Source: an uncultured Gammaproteobacteria bacterium
GTDB lineage: Bacteria; Pseudomonadota; Gammaproteobacteria; JAURND01
Direction of reading: 5' to 3'
DNA: 64,000 nt
NCBI GenBank assembly: GCA_963714975.1
Contig: CAVQQD010000002.1
Location: 1,176,462 to 1,240,461 of the forward strand
The position numbers and the translations under genes were made by a program. Under the pieces are notes generated by a model. It was not told where the DNA came from. It saw only the letters and a program-made list of their open reading frames with translations, and did not search any database. Shown in pieces: positions 32,315 through 44,300 of this stretch (its first letter is position 1; the number at the start of each line of letters is the position of its first letter).

Positions 32315-35300
32315 ATGAGTCAAGAAATTTCCAAACCACCTTTTTTTCCAATCGTACGACAACAAAGTGATTTTAAACCTTTGCCAGAACAAGGTAGATT
32401 ACCAGGTAGTACTCCTTGTATTCAATTTTTTAAAGAAAGCAAAACCAATTCACTTTGGATTGGAAAATGCGATTTGCCTGCTCATTCTAGTTATAAATTT
32501 CAGCCCCATTATCAGCAATATAAGGAATGGCTAGGTTTAGCACTCTATCACTTATTAGGCATATCAACTGCACCTAGAGTTGCATTAAGTTTTCAGATTC
32601 CATCATATTATGGTGAAATACCAGATGAAAAAAATAGTCCTCAATTACATCTAATGTCTGAATATATTCAAAACTTTAACAGTCTAGATGAGCATTTTGT
32701 GGATTATTACCGTCGTGCGGCATTAAAGAAAAAAAATTATCAAATCACTGTGCCCAACAATGGAAAAATAGAATTACGTGGATTTGGTTCTGCTATGGCA
32801 GTGGCAAATTTTTTATATGATATAGATTGCCTAGGTAAGTCTAGTGGTAATATGGGTTATGTAGTTGAGATGGATGAACAAGAACAACCATTTGCAAAAA
32901 TAGTAAAGATTGATGCCGGACAAATATTTAGATTTTTTGATAAAATTGATGACCGCATTTATGATCACGACCCCAGAAATAGAAATATGTTTTTTGCCCC
33001 TGGAATGCTACGAAAATCAAGTGACTTCATTCTGGCGAAATCTTTGGACCATTTGGATTTTAATAATCTCCCAGGTAAATCTGAAAGGGCTTATGTTGCT
33101 GTAGAAAATAAATTATTTTTTGTAGAAAAAATAATGGAGAGACGAATTGAAATTCCAGTATCACAAAAAAAAATTGAAGAATTACTATCTAAAATTAATA
33201 TCAAAAAATCACTTGAATCAAAAGAGCAATCAATATATCTCATTGAAGAAATATCTATTAATCAGCTAAATTTAATATCAAGTATAACAGGGCATACTTT
33301 GCATAAAAACCCTTATTTACTCCGCTATGATGAATTAACTGAAGCAGATCAAGAAGAATTTTCGCAAACAGCACGACGCATCTTACAAACTCCCGCATCC
33401 ACTTTTAAGGCATTAATTGATCATGCAACACCTAATGGCTTTACGCCTACACAAGCCAATCAGTTATACAATGAATTGTTAATTCGCCGGTCAAAATTTA
33501 TTGCGGCTTATCCTGAAATTGGCGTCGCATTGCAGCAGGAGATATACGAAGCACGCCAAACACTTAAAATGCTTTTATCCACGTTAGTTTCGCCTTCTTC
33601 TCCCTCTAAATCGCCAATACAAAATTCGGAATTTTTAGGTGATGACAAACAACGAAAAGTGGAAACCTCAGATTCATCAAGCCGTGTTGTTGAGAGTTTC
33701 AGCAGTGGCTTATCATTTTTGACTTCAACTTCATCCAGCATTGCTTCTTTTTCGCCTAATATGAGTAGTCCATTCATCCGCTTGTCAAATCCTAGCTTAA
33801 GTTCAAACAGTATTCGATTTCCCCAGAATGATCCATTGACCACTACCACCTCTGGACTATTATCTCTGGTGGATTCTCCTACCGTGTTTAGAATTATGGG
33901 AGATCAAAAATTGAGTCAGCACACGATTGATGGCAACAATAATTGCTTATTTAATGCCTTTGCTGTGGGATTAATGGGTTTAATCGCGCAGGGGTCACTC
34001 TTTAGCGAGGAAATATTTACCAAGCTTGCCACCGAAAAAATCAAAGAGGAAAAAGCCAAGCTGAGTAAAGAACAATGGGATGAGTGCTTGGAAAAAATGC
34101 AGGATTATTTGCAAACCAAAAACCCTCAAGCTTCTTTAGCAGTGCAACACAGCCTGGCACCTTGGCTCAGACAAATAGCTGTGGCCAAATTAGCGGATGA
34201 GCACTTGGGGATTCGTGACTCCTTTACAGACGAATTATGTGGCCATATTTTAGATGGCACGCCCTCAGACTTATTGCGGGATAAGTCCGATTTTGTACAA
34301 AGTTTTGAGTCTATTAAACAGGCACTACTGTTAAAAAAACCTCAGGAGGCGCAGTCACTCATCGCCATAAGAAATTTTGAAACCGAGGTTAGAGAAAGAA
34401 TCCGTACCTGGTTTGACGAGGGCATTGGTTTTAAGTTATATCGAGAGCATATGGCCAAGGAAGAGGTATGGAGTGGGGGTCCTGAGGCGAGGGTCTTAGC
34501 TGAGTTCTTGGGGATAACCCTGATTCTCGCCCATGGCCACAATCCGATGCGATTGGATATCGGTCATGAATGTGATTTTGGACAAATTTCTACCGATAAT
34601 TTTACCGAGGCAGAATACCGTCAACTGAGAAGTAAAGAACTCATTCTCGGAAAAGCCTGGGATCCCTCCCACCCCGTGTTGAAGTTAGCTTATGTAAGTG
34701 AAAGTTATTTAAATCAAAAGCTAGCAGAATTGCCTGCAGAGTTAAGTAAAAAATTTTCCGATGCCAGAAAAATGCATTACCGGCCCCCAGCTCAGTCAAT
34801 GCTCATCCATAATCCTTACAGTATTCATTGGATTACCAGGAGTACCTGGGAAGGAAGTTTTAATGTTTTGAGCCACTCCAATATACGGGATTCGAAAACC
34901 ACCCTCAGCACTTTTTCCTCAATCGAAAACACTCAAGGCAAATCACCTTCCACAGATTACTCAGTGAGCGAATCTGCCACCCCCTTACCCGATGAGCACA
35001 AGCTAAAAAGCCCCACAACTCCTGCTTCTCCCAGCTTTGTTGAGATTGAGGAGGATGAACCGGCTAAAATCGAATTTAAACAAAATCTTATGGGCGGATT
35101 TCAGTCGACTACCGACCCTTTAGAAACCCGCCCTTTCCTGAGCAATGACCAAAGCCATGACAGCCTGAGTTTTATTGCTTTGTCCTCTCGTTCTTCCACC
35201 GAGAGTCTCAGTACCGCAAGTCTTAGTACCACGCTTTGGGACCTAAAAGAACCCACTCGCTCCTCTGGTAGTCAAACCTCTGAGCCCACTTCACCGAGAC

Positions 35301-38251
35301 CAGAGAAAGCAAGCATTCCCGATAGCCAGGCGTTACTGGAGGCTTATGATACACAAGCAAAAATAGCGCAAGAATCCAGCTTACAATTACGCTTTGCTCA
35401 ATCCAAATACGGTCTAGTCGACGACAAGTCTTATCCCGGTTGTAAAACCTTCCAAATGCCCTCGGTCTCGGCTTCTCTTATTGAGCGCACCCCACTACTG
35501 AGTAAGATCGCTCAGCAATTGCACGCTCAACCCAATATAATCGTAGCTCAAGGCTTAGGCGGTGCGGGAAAAACTCAGCTAGCCAGCCGTTACGCACAAC
35601 TGGCAGCCACAGCAGGCCAATCGTGTGGTGAACATAAACTCAATTATCAAGTCGTACTGTGGATGCAGGCGGAGTGTGATTTAGGAACCCAATTTCAGTG
35701 GGCCGCCGAAGCCTTTTGTAATCGCCCCGGATTATCCCCACAAGAAGCGACCAACCAAGTCTACGAGTATTTACGGGATAAAAAAGCGCTGATTGTCTTT
35801 GACAATGTCCCAAACATTGAAACCATTCGCCCATTCTTTCCACCAGCGAGAACCGGTATGATAGGCGGATTCTTTGAAAGTCGTCGCCACAATCATGTGT
35901 TGATCACCAGTCGTAACCCCATGACTGATAATCTGCCTGCATTAGCCATTACCGGCTTTACCCAAGAAGAAGCCCACGACTATATCAAAAAACGCTTGCC
36001 CGAGGCTAAAGACACTGAAATTACTCGATTAACCGACACCATCACCACCTTACCACTGACGCTTTCCCATGCCGTAGCCTATATTGCCGCAGACTATTGT
36101 TCCTTAGCAGATTACCCGAAGCATTTTGTTCTGCACCAATTCAGCATTGATCATTTACTGGTGGATATGGAACAAGAAAGCCAAACCTTGCTCACCACTT
36201 TTTTACTCAGCATCGCCCGCCTGCAACGTCAGCATCCCTGTGTAATTAGCATTTTGCAAACGACTGCATTTTTAGCATCCGAGGACATTCCACTGGAATT
36301 GCTGCATAGCCCAAAAATAAATCCCCAAGCCCATTATACGGCGCAACAATTGCAAGCCGGGGTGAATGCATTAATTCAAGCGGCGTTGCTACAACCGGGG
36401 AAAACTGAGCACCATATCACCATTCACCGCTTAGTGCAGCAAGTGGCGCGGCATCAAATGTCAGTGACCGAGCAAGCCCAATGTCTCCCCCGAGTGATGC
36501 AATTGTTAGGGGAAAGCTATCCTGAAGACGAAGTGGGTCATGCCGCGGATGCTAAATGTAAAGACTTACTCCCGCATTTCAATAAATTGATTGAGCAGGT
36601 GGAAGCGAGTAACCGTGAACCTGATGTCCATCAGGCTTTAATCCTAATGCGTTTGGGTCAAGTGAGTCACGACTTAGGTAATCCACACCAAGCCCGTGAT
36701 TTTTTACAGCGCTCATTACCTATTTTTGAAACACACTATGGACCGGATCATCCCCAGGTGGCTTATGTTTTGCGGTATTTAGGAAATGTTTATAGTTATC
36801 TGGGAGAGGACAGGAAAGCCTATTCATTACTCAAGAGAGCCTTGATCATATTTGAGAACCACCAAGATTCTCTGCCACTAAGTAGAGTTTTTAGTATTTT
36901 AGGTTACGTGGGTTTACGCTTAGGTGATGCGCTGCAAGCCCGTGATTTACTGCGCCGCGCACTGAAAATTCAACGAGAGTACTATAGTGATTATCGTCAA
37001 GAGCAGGGTTATGAGCATTGGCGAGTGGCAGATACTTTATTAAGTTTATCGGAAGCTTATCAAGCATTAGGCGATTATCCACAACAACGGGATTTATTGC
37101 TGCAAGCTCTAGCCATTGCTGAAAAACATTATGGTCGCGAACACGCTACAGTGGCTGATATTTTAGCTAATTTAGCTAATGCGTATGGAAGCTTGGGGAA
37201 TGCGCAAAAGCAACGCAATTTATTGCTGCAAGCATTGCCAATTCAAGAAAAAACCTATGGCCGTGAACACATTCAAGTGGCTTGGATTTTGGAGAATTTA
37301 GCCAATACCTATGGTGCCTTGGGTGATCCGAAAAAGAAATGTGATTTATTACTGCAAACCTTAGCCATCGAGGAAAACTACTATGGCCCTGATCACTGGC
37401 GAGTGGCGATTACTTTAACTAATTTATCCATTGCGTATGGCAAGTTGGGTGAAGTGCAAAAGAAGTGCGACTTATTGTTGCGAGCATTAGCTATCAAGGA
37501 AAAACATTATGGTCGTGCTCATCCAGAAGTCGCTTATACGCTAACCCATTTAGCAGTGGCTTATCAAGCGTTGCACCAACCCCAGGCCGCTTTACTTGCG
37601 GCTCAACGGGTGTATCACATTATGATGTTTTATCCTGGATATGGAGAATTAAATCATATAACCCAATGTTATCTCAGACTTTTACAATTTCACGATTTTA
37701 CTTTGGCACAATTGCGAGCGCCTTTAGAGCAAAAGGGAAGGAACAAAAAGACCACTGAGCGAAAAGAAGAAAAATCCTCTACCCCCAATTTGCCCCCTTC
37801 CACGGTAGTAACTTCGTCCAACCTATTTGCACCACCGTCAAACACAGCCACCCCAATCCTGGATGAAAAATTAGTCGGTCGCACTGTCGTAGGACTGGTG
37901 GATGCCCTAACTCGACATTTGGAAACCCATCATACGAATGTTCGTTGGGATCACAATGCTGCCGTTACGTTTGCCAGTTGCCTGGTCAGTGCTTGTGGTA
38001 AAGGAATAGCGGAAATCCAAAGGGAATTTGAACATCCTGAAAATTACTCCATACCTCCAGTGTTAATGCCATTTTTGCGTGATTATATTGCTTTTAACCC
38101 CACCCTCTTAGAACTAGAAAAACAGCCAGCACTCGCACAGCGATTTAAAACCGCCTTGTGCAAAGGTGAAATAGAGAATTTACGCCAATCCTATGGCACG
38201 CTACCACCGGTACCTCCCAAACAAGAAAGTTCCTTCTGCCTGGTAATGTGA
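32315..38251 (+). CDS. Multidomain effector: LepB-N/PI4K-like kinase, OTU-like, NB-ARC, TPR, CaaX
   Basis: WIGK, YDIDC, KIDAG; DGNNNCLF, WSGGPE, IHW; GLGGAGKT, LIVFDN; HxxVA TPRs; ends CLVM. Confidence 0.85.
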   Translation: MSQEISKPPFFPIVRQQSDFKPLPEQGRLPGSTPCIQFFKESKTNSLWIGKCDLPAHSSYKFQPHYQQYKEWLGLALYHLLGISTAPRVALSFQIPSYYGEIPDEKNSPQLHLMSEYIQNFNSLDEHFVDYYRRAALKKKNYQITVPNNGKIELRGFGSAMAVANFLYDIDCLGKSSGNMGYVVEMDEQEQPFAKIVKIDAGQIFRFFDKIDDRIYDHDPRNRNMFFAPGMLRKSSDFILAKSLDHLDFNNLPGKSERAYVAVENKLFFVEKIMERRIEIPVSQKKIEELLSKINIKKSLESKEQSIYLIEEISINQLNLISSITGHTLHKNPYLLRYDELTEADQEEFSQTARRILQTPASTFKALIDHATPNGFTPTQANQLYNELLIRRSKFIAAYPEIGVALQQEIYEARQTLKMLLSTLVSPSSPSKSPIQNSEFLGDDKQRKVETSDSSSRVVESFSSGLSFLTSTSSSIASFSPNMSSPFIRLSNPSLSSNSIRFPQNDPLTTTTSGLLSLVDSPTVFRIMGDQKLSQHTIDGNNNCLFNAFAVGLMGLIAQGSLFSEEIFTKLATEKIKEEKAKLSKEQWDECLEKMQDYLQTKNPQASLAVQHSLAPWLRQIAVAKLADEHLGIRDSFTDELCGHILDGTPSDLLRDKSDFVQSFESIKQALLLKKPQEAQSLIAIRNFETEVRERIRTWFDEGIGFKLYREHMAKEEVWSGGPEARVLAEFLGITLILAHGHNPMRLDIGHECDFGQISTDNFTEAEYRQLRSKELILGKAWDPSHPVLKLAYVSESYLNQKLAELPAELSKKFSDARKMHYRPPAQSMLIHNPYSIHWITRSTWEGSFNVLSHSNIRDSKTTLSTFSSIENTQGKSPSTDYSVSESATPLPDEHKLKSPTTPASPSFVEIEEDEPAKIEFKQNLMGGFQSTTDPLETRPFLSNDQSHDSLSFIALSSRSSTESLSTASLSTTLWDLKEPTRSSGSQTSEPTSPRPEKASIPDSQALLEAYDTQAKIAQESSLQLRFAQSKYGLVDDKSYPGCKTFQMPSVSASLIERTPLLSKIAQQLHAQPNIIVAQGLGGAGKTQLASRYAQLAATAGQSCGEHKLNYQVVLWMQAECDLGTQFQWAAEAFCNRPGLSPQEATNQVYEYLRDKKALIVFDNVPNIETIRPFFPPARTGMIGGFFESRRHNHVLITSRNPMTDNLPALAITGFTQEEAHDYIKKRLPEAKDTEITRLTDTITTLPLTLSHAVAYIAADYCSLADYPKHFVLHQFSIDHLLVDMEQESQTLLTTFLLSIARLQRQHPCVISILQTTAFLASEDIPLELLHSPKINPQAHYTAQQLQAGVNALIQAALLQPGKTEHHITIHRLVQQVARHQMSVTEQAQCLPRVMQLLGESYPEDEVGHAADAKCKDLLPHFNKLIEQVEASNREPDVHQALILMRLGQVSHDLGNPHQARDFLQRSLPIFETHYGPDHPQVAYVLRYLGNVYSYLGEDRKAYSLLKRALIIFENHQDSLPLSRVFSILGYVGLRLGDALQARDLLRRALKIQREYYSDYRQEQGYEHWRVADTLLSLSEAYQALGDYPQQRDLLLQALAIAEKHYGREHATVADILANLANAYGSLGNAQKQRNLLLQALPIQEKTYGREHIQVAWILENLANTYGALGDPKKKCDLLLQTLAIEENYYGPDHWRVAITLTNLSIAYGKLGEVQKKCDLLLRALAIKEKHYGRAHPEVAYTLTHLAVAYQALHQPQAALLAAQRVYHIMMFYPGYGELNHITQCYLRLLQFHDFTLAQLRAPLEQKGRNKKTTERKEEKSSTPNLPPSTVVTSSNLFAPPSNTATPILDEKLVGRTVVGLVDALTRHLETHHTNVRWDHNAAVTFASCLVSACGKGIAEIQREFEHPENYSIPPVLMPFLRDYIAFNPTLLELEKQPALAQRFKTALCKGEIENLRQSYGTLPPVPPKQESSFCLVM

Positions 38252-38257
38252 GCGCGC

Positions 38258-39075
38258 TTATAAGATAAGACAGCTCTGATTAGCATTGTTGGGCTGCTCC
38301 GGCTCCGGCACTTCTCCTTGAGCTCGTTTTAACTCCAGAGCTTGCTTATTTTCCTTATTTTCAACACCCAGCACCAACTCTGGGGTTGATGTAGTAAAGA
38401 GTTGCCTTGCTAATTGCTTGGCAAAGATTGGATAATTTTTGGCGAAAGACAGCTCTGAATGCGAAGTGACATACTGGCTAATAAAAGTTTTGAGCTGGAC
38501 TAGGGATTCCTTGTGATTCCAGATCCATCAGTAGGGTATTAAATTGATTTTTACGCAAACTTCCAAGGACAGTGCCCACAAACGTATTGGCGGCTTGTGC
38601 GTCCCAGGCTACTCTAGGGTGCCTCGCAAGTTCTGCTTGCATCGCCTGCAAAAATTTCAAGACCGCTTGATGAAACGCTTGTCTTTTGAGCACACCATCG
38701 GCAGTAATCCCTAATTCAGCGACTAACTCAGCCGCGGTGGGAGACTGCTCTTCCTCTGCGGCTTTCCCTATGAGCGATAATTTAAGTCTCCTGAGTAGTA
38801 AACTTTGCCTGTAATGTTTTAAAGGCGTCAATGGACTCACGTAATGCATAATTCGGTTTTAATTCCAAACTATCCAATGCTAAACCAGTTTTAGGACTCA
38901 GTTTACTGTTGCGAAACCATTCCTCAATCGCTGTACGCTCATACGTGTGACCGTCTACAGCAGTAACGGGATCGCGCATAACCTTGAGCGTAATCGGGCA
39001 TCGATAAGCCTCAGGAATTTCTAAATTATTTACAGGATTATTGACAGGTTTGGATCGTTTTTTTTCATCTTCCAT
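38258..39075 (-). CDS. U-box E3 ligase-like effector with CaaX (two apparent frameshifts)
   Basis: CPITLKVMRDPV, GHTYERTAIEEW, PNYAL; manually read third frame ends NQSCLIL*. Confidence 0.82.
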
Positions 39076-39116
39076 AGGTCACCTCTGAATTAATTTTTTG
39101 GAAACTACTCGCTCAA

Positions 39117-39199
39117 TCATCCCGCAGCTTATCCGCGGGATCCAGAAATGAAGTTTCTATTGGCCTTTCTTGGATCCCGCAGACAAGCCGTGGGACGAC
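39117..39199. repeat. RPE-like palindromic element
   Basis: TCATCCCGCAGCTTATCCGCGGGATCCA...TGGATCCCGCAGACAAGCCGTGGGACGAC. Confidence 0.7.
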
Positions 39200-39548
39200 G
39201 GAAAGCAAATTACAATACAAAATAAAATTGATGTGGCTCAGCATCATAACAAAAAATAAAAACTAATAAACATTTTTTTCCACTCTTATTTTGTGCGCTC
39301 CAAAAAATTGCGCAATGTCGATCCCACTTGAGCGAATTTTTTTAATTGTAGGCTCCTTATTATTCTGACCTTTCCTAGTTTTGCCACTGCCCGCCGAACC
39401 GATGACAATTAACGGCGGATGCAGCTGGAAAATACTCTGTTGAGCGGCATCAATCGTACTGCTTTTTTACCGCGGAAATATTTAATTCGTTGTATCGCAA
39501 AACGTCCATGGTAACCTCCACAATAAAATCTTCTCGCCGCCCAAGCGT

Positions 39549-39586
39549 AAATCCCCCCCTTTGAAAAAGGGGGGTAAGGGGGATTT
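39549..39586. repeat. CCCCCCTTTGAAAAAGGGGGG-type repeat
   Basis: Relatives at 13896-13938, 16122-16159 and 49188-49225. Confidence 0.75.
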
Positions 39587-39599
39587 AGAGAGAAAGCAG

Positions 39600-41311
39600 T
39601 TACTTCTGGACAAAACAATCCAACACCTCCTGAGCCGCTTCCTCAGTCAGGGGCTTTTCCAATACCCCATTAATGCCCACTGCCGCACATTCCGCTTGCA
39701 CTTTTTCAACATTATGGGCCGTCAGAGCCACAATCGGCACTGGATTTTTTCGACCCTTTTCTGCAGTACGAATATGCGCTGCTACCGTCGTCCCACTCAT
39801 ATCATCTAATCCAATATCGGTAATAATCAGCACATATTTATCCAATTCAAAAATATCTAGGGCTTTCTTACCTGTATCCACAATATCGAGCGTATACCCT
39901 AAGTGCGTGAGTATCGATTCCACGCCTTTTTGAGCCATCCGATTATCCTCGACCAGCAAAATACGCGGGCCAGTCTCCTCACCCTCACTAGAGGCATCCC
40001 CAAGAGGTGCTAGCTTGGTAAACTTAGGCTTGACTGCTCTCGGTTTAAGGAATGCCTTGGCGGGTAGAAAAGGAAACGTGATGGTGAAGCAACTGCCCTT
40101 GCCCAGTTCGCTGCTCACCTCAATTTTCCCTCCCATCAAGGTGACAAATTTATGCACAATATACAGCCCAATCCCATGCCCCTCAAATTTGCCTTCATAA
40201 GAAGGGGTCAAGCGCGTAAAGCGGTCGAAAATAGTCGCGATTTTTTCTTGGGGAATGCCCATGCCGGTATCACGAACTTTTAAACAAAGTTCATCTTTTT
40301 CTTTGCCAGTGTCTTCCTCGCGATTTTTCTGTAACAGAATGTCCATGCTTATCGAGCCTTCCTCAGTAAATTTAATCGCATTGCCTAATAAATTTAAAAT
40401 TATCCGATAAAATCCCGGCCCGCTGGCATAAACCATTTCAGGGATATTGGGATCATAAGTGGAATAAAATCCTAAGCCTTTCTGTTTCATGGAAGGGGTA
40501 AACATCTCGACAAGCTGATTCATTATGGTTTGGGGATTGAAATTTTCATTGGCTAAGTGCCACTCCCTTCGGTTTCAATCCGCCCCATCTCTAAACAATT
40601 CATAAAAAATTCTATCAATTCCTTGACCGAATTTTTAATCATCTGTACATTTTCATAATTATCTTCGAGGGCTTCGGGCTCCTCGAGTTGCCTGCCAATC
40701 CTATCCGCCATGGAAATAATACCCGCCAACGGCGTCTTGACATCGTGACTCATGTTTTGGATAAAATCCGTTTTAGCACGATCGGAAGCTTCGGCGGCTT
40801 CCAAGGCTAAACGCAGATCTTTCTGCATTTTTTTTAATTCGGAAATATTTATAGAAATACCCACTACGCCAGTAACTTTTTTAGCAGGATTAGGCAGAGG
40901 GACTTTATTCGTTAATTGATAAATGAGATTCCCATTAACGTCTATGAAGGGTTCTTCTCCATGATTTAACCGTGCAACACCTGTTTGCATGACTTTTTGG
41001 TCGACAGCAATAACTCCCGCTAACATTTCCTTATCCCAATGGAACGCCTTGGCAAAATCAATATCTGTTTTTCCACGAATCTCTTTCCTGGATTTAAAAC
41101 CTGCTAGGCGAGCTAATTCATCATTGCCACCACGATAGACTCCATTAGTATCTTTCCAATACACACTGCCCGGCATACAGGCAATAATATCTTCCAAATA
41201 GTTAATTACTTGAATTGCAAATTCTTCTGTAGAGTCATTTGGATCACCGGAATGACCTGTTATTTCATAACAAAGTTCTTTTAATCTATCACTTGCAGTG
41301 CTAGGGTTCAT
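39600..41311 (-). CDS. Cytoplasmic PAS-HisKA-HATPase-REC hybrid kinase (frameshift ~40550)
   Basis: MPGSVYWKD, NMSHDVKTPL, NLLGNAIKFT, DTGMGI, LLVEDN, ITDIGL; no TM segment. Confidence 0.9.
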
Positions 41312-41334
41312 TGGTAGTTTCTCCTTTATGAAGG

Positions 41335-44300
41335 TTAGTTAGCTATTTTAAACACACGTAACTCTTGTAAGCAATCCAGTAATTTTTCCGCTAAAATTTT
41401 TACATGTGGCTCTTGAAACATCGTTTCATGATCACCTGGTGTCTGATGTCGTATTACTTTGAATGTTGAATATTTATCCCAATGATTAAAAGGCGCATCG
41501 TAAGGCTGATAAACGGAATTTACTTGCATGGCCTTAAACAAAGTTAGTGGAGCTCCTAACCGTGTAAACCGATAATTATCGAGCAATTTCGCGCGTTGCC
41601 ATTGCAAATCTAACAAGTGTTCAGCTTTAGTAATCCCTTTACTCAAAAATTGTGAACGCATCATATGATATTGCCTGCGCATCGCAGCTTCAAAAAATTC
41701 GGGATTGCGTAATTTATCTGGATGAGGTACCCAACCATCTAAAAGGGCAACCAATTCGATTAATTCACCTTGAACTATTAATTGGCGCGCCATTTCGAAA
41801 CTAATGATGGCACCACCTGAAGCACCACCTAATCGATATGGCCCCTTAGGCTGTACATGCCGCAGTGCTTGTAAATAAAAACTGGCCATATCTTCGAGCA
41901 ATTGAATACAACTTGATTAGATTTTTCTACCCCAGGATCTTGAATCCCATATAAAGGTTGATCTGGGTAAAAATATTTAATCAATGTTGTATACCAAAAA
42001 ACAGTTCCACCTACAGGATGAACTAAAAAAATCGGTGTTTTATTACCCAAAGGTTGTAACGGCACGATAGAGGATAAAAAGGTGGTTTGAGCTGATTGTT
42101 TTGTCGTTCTATATGTAAATTTCTCATTAATTAATTGATTTTCTATTATTTCCGCGGTCTCACTGATGGTTGATGCATCTAAAATTGAACGAATGGGTAA
42201 TTCCAAATTAAAATGTTGTTTTATTTTTAATAACATTTGCAAAGCAAGTAACGAATGCCCGCCTAAGATAAAAAAATTATCTAAGATACTCACTTTTTCA
42301 AGTCCTAATACTTCTCGCCAAATTTCAGCTAATTTTAATTCCACTGAATTACGTGGTGCTATAAATGGTTCCTCCATTAAAAAAGAAGCTTGATTGGGTT
42401 TGGGCAAGGCTACCTTGTCAACCTTACCGTTATTGGTCAGAGGTAGGTTTTCCAGAGAGATAAAAAAAGCGGGCAACATATATTCTGGCAAATAGTGTTT
42501 CAAATGAGTTCTTAATTCTCCCACATTAAAAGCTATCCCTTTTTTTAAAAGTAGATAAGCGATAATTTTTGGATAATTTTCTAAACTAATATTTAAGATA
42601 ACAGCAGCTTGTGCTATCGGAGGGAATTCTTCAATACGCATAGAGATTTCGTCTAAATCAATACGATGTCCACGAATCTTCACTTGATTATCAAGTCTTG
42701 CTAAATAGTCTAACTCCCCATTATCTAATCGCCTTACCCAATCACCGGTTTTATATAGCCGTTTAAACTCATTAAACAATAGAGTGGTTATAAAGTTTTT
42801 CTGCGTCAATTCTGCTGAACAATAACCACGTGCCAGCCAGGGACCTGCAACATACAATTCTCCTGGGATACCTAAAGGTACTGGCTGTAAATGGTGATCT
42901 AAAACATAAAGCGATACACCAGAAAATCCCTTACCTAAAGGATAGCGCAATCCAGCTATCAATTTATCCGAGGTAATTTCACAATGAGTAAGATGTACTG
43001 TTGCCTCAGTAATTCCATACATATTAATCAATTTTGGAAGGTGGTTATCGTGCGATTGAAACCATAGAGAAACTGAAGCAGGAGAAAGCGGTTCACCATC
43101 GAAAAAAATATAGCGTAAAAATAGCATCTTTTTAAGATTTCCATCTATAACAGCTAACTGAGTGAACGCTGAGGGTGTTTGACTTAAAATAGTTACTCGG
43201 TGTTTACCACTAGACTATAGAATTCATCGGCAGATCGAGCTATATCAAAAGGCACGATTACAAGGCTTGCACCGTGTAGTAATGCTCCCCAGATTTCCCA
43301 AACAGAAAAATCGAAAGCAATCGAATGAAATAAAGTCCAAATGTCATCGGATACAAAATCGAAGTGCTCATTAGCTGCAGTAATAAGATGAACCACGCTA
43401 TGTTGTTCTACCATAACTCCTTTTGGGTTACCCGTTGAGCCAGAAGTATACATCATGTACATCAAATCTTGTCCTTTGCATTCAACATCTAGGTTATGAA
43501 CGGATTCATTCATAACCAGTAACCAATCCTCGTCAATTAAAAATAATGAAATTTGAGGTAAAGTTTTAATATTGAGTTTAGAGATTAGAGCGCCTTGTGA
43601 AATCAAACTTTGTGCTGAACTATCTGACAAAATAAACTGGATTCGCTGAGATGGATAAATAGGATCAATAGGCAAGTATGCACCACCTGCTTTTAAGACA
43701 GCTAAAATTGCAACTATCATTTCCATGCCACGCTCTAAACAAATAGCTACAATCGACTCATTTTTTATCCCTTTTTTTTGTAAATGATGTGCCAATTGGT
43801 TAGCTTTATTGTTTAGCTGTGCATAAGTCAATTTTGAATTGGTAAATACTAAGGCCGTAGCTTCTGGAGTTTTTGTTACTTGTTCCTCAAATAATCGATG
43901 CGGGACTTTAGGAGGTATTGTCACAGGATAGCTTTGTGAATAATTAATCAATTGTGAAATTTCTATGGGGGATAAAAAATTAAGTTCATACCAATAACTT
44001 TCCTCCTCTTCAAGCATATTTTTTAATAAAGTTTTGATATGACCAACCATACTTTTTATTGTGTGCTCAGCAAACAAATTATGATCATAATTAAATTTTA
44101 AGCTTAAATAAGTACCTGGCAAAATAATAAAAGCTATTGGGTAGTGAGTTGGGTCATAAATAGTTGCCTTATCAAAAGGAAAAACCAAATTGCTATTGTT
44201 ATCTACAGGATAATTTTCAAATACAACTATGCTATCAAATAAATCAGATTCTGGAGTTAATTCCGACCACTCATTGATTGCTGTCAATGGTGTACTGGCA

